IMG/VR virus record: IMGVR_UViG_3300004369_000005
Coordinates: 28,121 to 92,120 of that record
Direction: 5' to 3' (one strand)
Length of the DNA stretch: 64,000 nucleotides
Origin: a virus
The notes under the pieces were generated by a model. The model was not told the origin of the DNA, did not search any database, and was given only the letters and a program-made list of their open reading frames with translations. How positions within the stretch are numbered: position 1 is the stretch's first letter; every line of letters begins with the position of its first letter. Both the position numbers and the translations under genes were made by a program. Shown here in pieces: positions 59,701 to 64,000 of this stretch.

Positions 59701-62700
59701 TCTGCAGCAAATCTATAAGAATACTCATTACCAGACATAAACATGTCTAGTGAAATTGCTTCGATGAAATAGTTAATATCTCTTAGACACTTATTCTCAC
59801 CAGCACCAGAATTAGCATTGTCTAGAGGGAAGTTTGCTAGTTCACCTAGACCAAACTCTAGAATCTGAGTAACAGTGAAAGTTAAAGTATCGATAGCAGA
59901 CTGTACGTTAGCACAGGATGCTGGGTTATCATTGTTACCTAGGTTGCTACCAGGAGATCCAACACCACCAGGGTTCTGACCTGGGGTTGGGTCGCCAGTT
60001 ACACTATTATCTTCATATACAGCACCAGGAAGATTGTTGGTGATAGCAAGCTTCATGGTGTCTCTTGCTCTGTTAAATGCTACCTTAGCAGCAGCAATCT
60101 CACCAGGATCGTTGATACCATCAGCAATGTACTGACCTGTGCCCTCATCAAAATACTCAGCACCAAATAGTCTAGAATACTTGTTAAATCCTCTGAATAG
60201 GTCAAGAGAAACAGCATCGATGAAGTGACCGATGTCACGCTTACACTTAAACTCAGTAGAATCAGATGCTGGTGTAGCAGACTGCTGCATGATATTCCAT
60301 GCATCATCAATGATGACCTGTCTGTTGTTCTGAATCAAGCGATATGCATCAGCAAATCTAGACTGCGAATCAGTCTGAGTATCACCAGGGAAGTAGAAGT
60401 CTGGGTTCTGAATTGCAACCTGTGCTAGAGCACGATCAGCAATCTCTTCCTTGTTCTTAACAATTAGACGGTATGCATCTGCAAGTCTAGATCTGGAATT
60501 TGTTTGAGCGTCACCAGGGAAGTAGAAATCTGTACGCTCTGCAGCAATCTTAGCGAGTGCTCTATCAGTAATTTCTTTACTGTTACGACGAATAAGTCTG
60601 AATGCATCAGCATAACGTGACTCAGCAGTCTCGTTTAGTTCACCAGGAATATAGAAGTCTGGATGATAAACAGAAATTTCTGCTAGTGCTGCGTCAAGGA
60701 TAAACTGACGGTTAGCAACAATACGGTTGCGAGCATCCTTATAACGACCAGCAGGATCTTCTTTATTGCTGCTATCAACGGTAACATTCTTACTATCAAA
60801 GATCTGATTACCATCAGCATCTAGTGATTGAGAAGAACCATTGCTTCCTGGGTTAATACCATATGGAGCCAGAATGCTGTTAGGATCAGTATCCCAGATA
60901 TCTGCTTTAACATCTAACAGGTTAGCAATTGCTTTCTTACACAGATCTCTTGCTCTTCTGTATGCAAACAGTGCTGCTTCTTCTTCTCCTACTAAACCAT
61001 TCTCTAGTGGAACCTGTTGTCCGAAGGTAGGTGAGTTTGGATCTTCATCTAGAACAAAGTAGAACTTAGTAGCATCAATGATGTTTCTGTTACCACCATC
61101 TCTAAGGTCTTCTGCGATAGCATCAACAATGAAACCAATGTCACGCTTGCACTTAGCTCCGTTAGTATTACCACCGTTTCCATCATAGTTAGGATATGCA
61201 ATCAGCATCGATGCATATGCTTCCTCAACAATCTGGGAACGGTTGTCAAGAATCAGGTTACGTGCGTCGAAGTAACGGTTAGCAGCAGGATTTAGACCAG
61301 GGTTAACATAAGGAATGTTCTGGAGTCTAGGATACTTCTCAAAGATATAACCAAAGACTTCCTCCTGGATCATGCGACGGTTGCTTTCGATTAGGTTAGC
61401 AGCGTCGATGTTAGTGGAGTTAAGATTAAACTCCTGATCTCCAGTTGGATTGAGTACAGATCCTTTAGCAATATACTTAACAAAACCAGTTGGTTCTAGT
61501 GTTGCTTGATACTCACTGATGTTATTGAGACTATCAAGTTTGACATATAGTTTATCTTCTGTCTTACCACCAATTCTATAACCACCAATGGTAGCAGCAG
61601 GACGATTGAGTGGATTGTCTAGATCAGTACCACCAAGGTATAATCTAGTGCGGTTCTCTTGTCCGTTAAGTTGCTCTCTGCTACCTTGAACGTCAATGGT
61701 GTAGTAAAGGACTTTCTCGGTATTTGTCTCACTTGCTTTAACCTGCTGAGGAGGAATAATGTCAGTGATATAACCTGCCTTATCTTGGTTAAAGGAGAAT
61801 CCTTTGAAACCAATAGCATGAAGTGATGTATTACCGAAGTTGGAGTTAGAGTTGGTGATCGACATGTCACCGCCACTTTCCATCAGGAAGTGATCTGCGA
61901 AACCAACAGCGAAGATCGAAACGTTCTGGATGAATGCATCTTCCGAAGCACGAACGTGGAAGTTTCTCCAGTCATCCTTCCAGTAAGAATCACCCTTCGC
62001 GTGATAAGGAACTGTAGCAAATGCGTCTACTAGTGATGCTTGGTTCCAAGTGTTAGCATACTCATCATAGCGGATGAATGCTCTGTCGTCTCTCTGGAGC
62101 GAAACACCCGTGTACTGAGCGATAACCATGGATTTAAATCCAGTGGCTTTTAGACCATTCGCCCAGATACCACAAATACCCCAAACAGAACGGATTGAAA
62201 CGTTGAAGACATATGGAGATGCAGACTCAACAGAATCAACTTCCGCGAGAACCTGTGCGTTCTGACCTAGTGCAGGAGAAGAATCTACGTTAACAATCTT
62301 CTCTGAGAAAATTCCGTTACCGATACCAGATGCAACGAAAGGAACACGATAGGTGAACTTACGAGGATCATTCTCATCAATATCATAGATGTCCCAGAAA
62401 CCTTCAATCTCGTCATCAATCTCAGTATTAGAGATAGCAACAAACTGACCTGCAAAGTATCCGTGGTCTACCTTAGTAGTAACCTCAATCTGTGTTGTAG
62501 ATGCAGGGATTGTGTTATCTGAAGTTGCATCAACGAACTTCAAAGATTCAATAACACGAGAGTCAGATAGAGGTCCAACGATTCTGTTCTCTTGAACGTT
62601 GAAATCGAATTCGCCAGGTTGGTTGATCTCTGGTTGATATCTCTCAAATGCTTTAGCAATCTTTCTGTAAAAGAGTTGCAGTTCTTCTTTATCTGCGTAC

Positions 62701-63368
62701 TCGAATACAGTTAGTTTGTGGTGAGAGAAGTTAGGTGGAGTTAGTCTACTAAAGTCAGTAGGGTCAAAGTAGACTTGACCTCCCTTATTTGGATCATAGA
62801 GAGGAGATTCTGCAGTAGTCTGACCGTCCTTAATAGTAAACTGCCAGAAGTAGCAACCACCAGTTACGTTAAAGATAGCAGAACGAGGAACAGTTACCGA
62901 CGCAGGGTCAGGAACATAGAGAGGACGAATTGTGGTACGACGAAGGTCATAACCTACAAGTGATGAACCCCTAGGGATAATAGCACCACCCTCAGTGTTG
63001 TTGAACTTCCAAAGGATGTTATTTACATCACTAATGTCTAGGTTAGGGTCAGCACCCCAAGCATTAGTACCCTGATCGAATAGGAATTGTTCGATTTCAC
63101 TGGTGTCTTCTACACCAGGACGGTTGTCAATATAGTGAATACCAGGCATCAGCATAATGCTGAACTGGTCGAACCTATCGTTCGAAGGACCAGGAGTATA
63201 AGAATACCTAGCAACTTCCAAGAAAGCACGCTGAATACTCTTAAATGGAGTTACAGGTGAGTTACCTCTGTTAGATAACGAATCTGTTGCGTTAAAATCG
63301 TCTGGTGAAACATAAAGATACTTACCAGTTTTTGAGCTGATAAGGTTATCTAAACGTGTTAAAGGCAT
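47730..63368 (-). CDS. giant virion structural / long tail fibre protein (5212 aa) with seven nested phycobiliprotein-like domains
   Basis: N-terminus [29 protein letters not shown]...[11 protein letters not shown], typical of cyanomyovirus giant fibre proteins; late promoter upstream; followed by tail-collar genes. Confidence 0.8.
   Translation of the reverse strand: [5212 protein letters not shown]
56030..61420 (-). repeat. array of seven phycobiliprotein-like helical domains (split and nested)
   Basis: 7 x DAxxLIxxN, 7 x (K)CxRD-like...G(G)N and 7 x CxxV segments. Confidence 0.75.
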
Positions 63369-63403
63369 GACTACTCTGACCCTGCAAACTTTTGTCCTCG
63401 GTT

Positions 63404-63411
63404 TATTTATA
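63404..63411 (-). promoter_or_regulatory. T4 late promoter TATAAATA
   Basis: TATTTATA on the + strand 36 nt upstream of the giant ORF start. Confidence 0.75.
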
Positions 63412-63470
63412 CCAGATTATCATTGAAAATACTGTTAGGTTCTAAGATTTCATTATAAAGAGATTTGAAC

Positions 63471-63821
63471 CTATCTGATAATAATAAGTTGCGGTAGATC
63501 TACCATACCATGTTCTAATAATCGATTGCAATTAGCACATATTGCAGCACATTTGTCTATTTCTTCTTGCAGTGTTTTGTAACTTGCAGATTGCAACAAC
63601 TTGGATACACTATGCTTTTTAGGGGTTGGATCTACATGAATTAAATCCATTACGACGTGCGGAAATTCTTTATTGCAGATAATGCAAGGATGACTCTTTG
63701 CTTCATCTACTATCTGCTTTCTCCTCGCATAACTAATCTGATTTTCTTTACGAGTCTTAGAATTTCTTCTAGCCCACTCACGCTGATACTTACGATTTTC
63801 TTCTTTATCTTTATAAGGCAT
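63471..63821 (-). CDS. HNH-endonuclease-like protein
   Basis: CIIC...MDLIHVDP...EEIDKCAAICANCNR; lies next to a tRNA. Confidence 0.7.
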   Translation of the reverse strand: MPYKDKEENRKYQREWARRNSKTRKENQISYARRKQIVDEAKSHPCIICNKEFPHVVMDLIHVDPTPKKHSVSKLLQSASYKTLQEEIDKCAAICANCNRLLEHGMVDLPQLIIIR

Positions 63822-63906
63822 AGTCTGAATACTTCCTTAAAACAGATGTAGATGTAGTAGAACTGTTCGCCCCATGTTACATCCCCACGCAATTTATTTA
63901 ACATAA

Positions 63907-63979
63907 CTCCTCCACCTGGGCTCGAACCAGGGACATAGTGATTAACAGTCACTCGCTCTACCGACTGAGCTATAGAGGA
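63907..63979 (-). tRNA. tRNA-Asn (GTT)
   Basis: TCCTCTATAGCTCAGTCGGTAGAGCGAGTGACTGTTAATCACTATGTCCCTGGTTCGAGCCCAGGTGGAGGAG; cloverleaf with GTT anticodon; no encoded CCA. Confidence 0.95.
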
Positions 63980-64000
63980 ATGTATTCGCTATTCGGAAAT

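Noticed and set aside
47730-63368. Inteins or introns as an explanation for the giant ORF sizes
   Set aside because: No intein splice-junction or LAGLIDADG motifs were noticed, the frames are uninterrupted, and domain insertions explain the size.
430-63851. Plus-strand ORFs in the track
   Set aside because: They are antisense to well-supported minus-strand genes and have no recognisable motifs or promoters.
63710-63952. 80-aa ORF overlapping the tRNA and the HNH gene
   Set aside because: Its 5' part is the tRNA-Asn sequence. A shorter ORF from the ATG at about 63904 cannot be excluded but has no support.

Overview
This is a 64 kb segment of a T4-like marine cyanomyovirus (Synechococcus/Prochlorococcus myovirus type). 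Essentially all genes lie on the minus strand. In transcription order (high to low coordinates) it contains: tRNA-Asn and an HNH-like ORF; a late structural block with a 5212-aa giant tail/fibre protein, three tail-collar fibre proteins and a fibre-assembly chaperone; a 2OG-Fe(II) oxygenase and a flavin-dependent halogenase; a ~14 kb accessory region of small ORFs with about 13 copies of a palindrome + -10 early promoter; then PAAR, gp25, gp6, a 4255-aa gp7, gp8 and a VrlC-like protein that runs off the window edge. The most striking observation is that the giant tail protein (7 copies) and gp7 (2 copies) carry segments resembling the phycobiliprotein globin fold. These include the bilin-attachment motif KCxRD (Cys82/84-like) and a second Cys resembling the beta-155 site. 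The domain segments are ordered as perfectly nested 'Russian-doll' insertions. This suggests possibly bilin-pigmented virions and a candidate substrate for phage-encoded bilin enzymes and T-type lyases. All family calls come from motif recognition by eye; no database searches were run.
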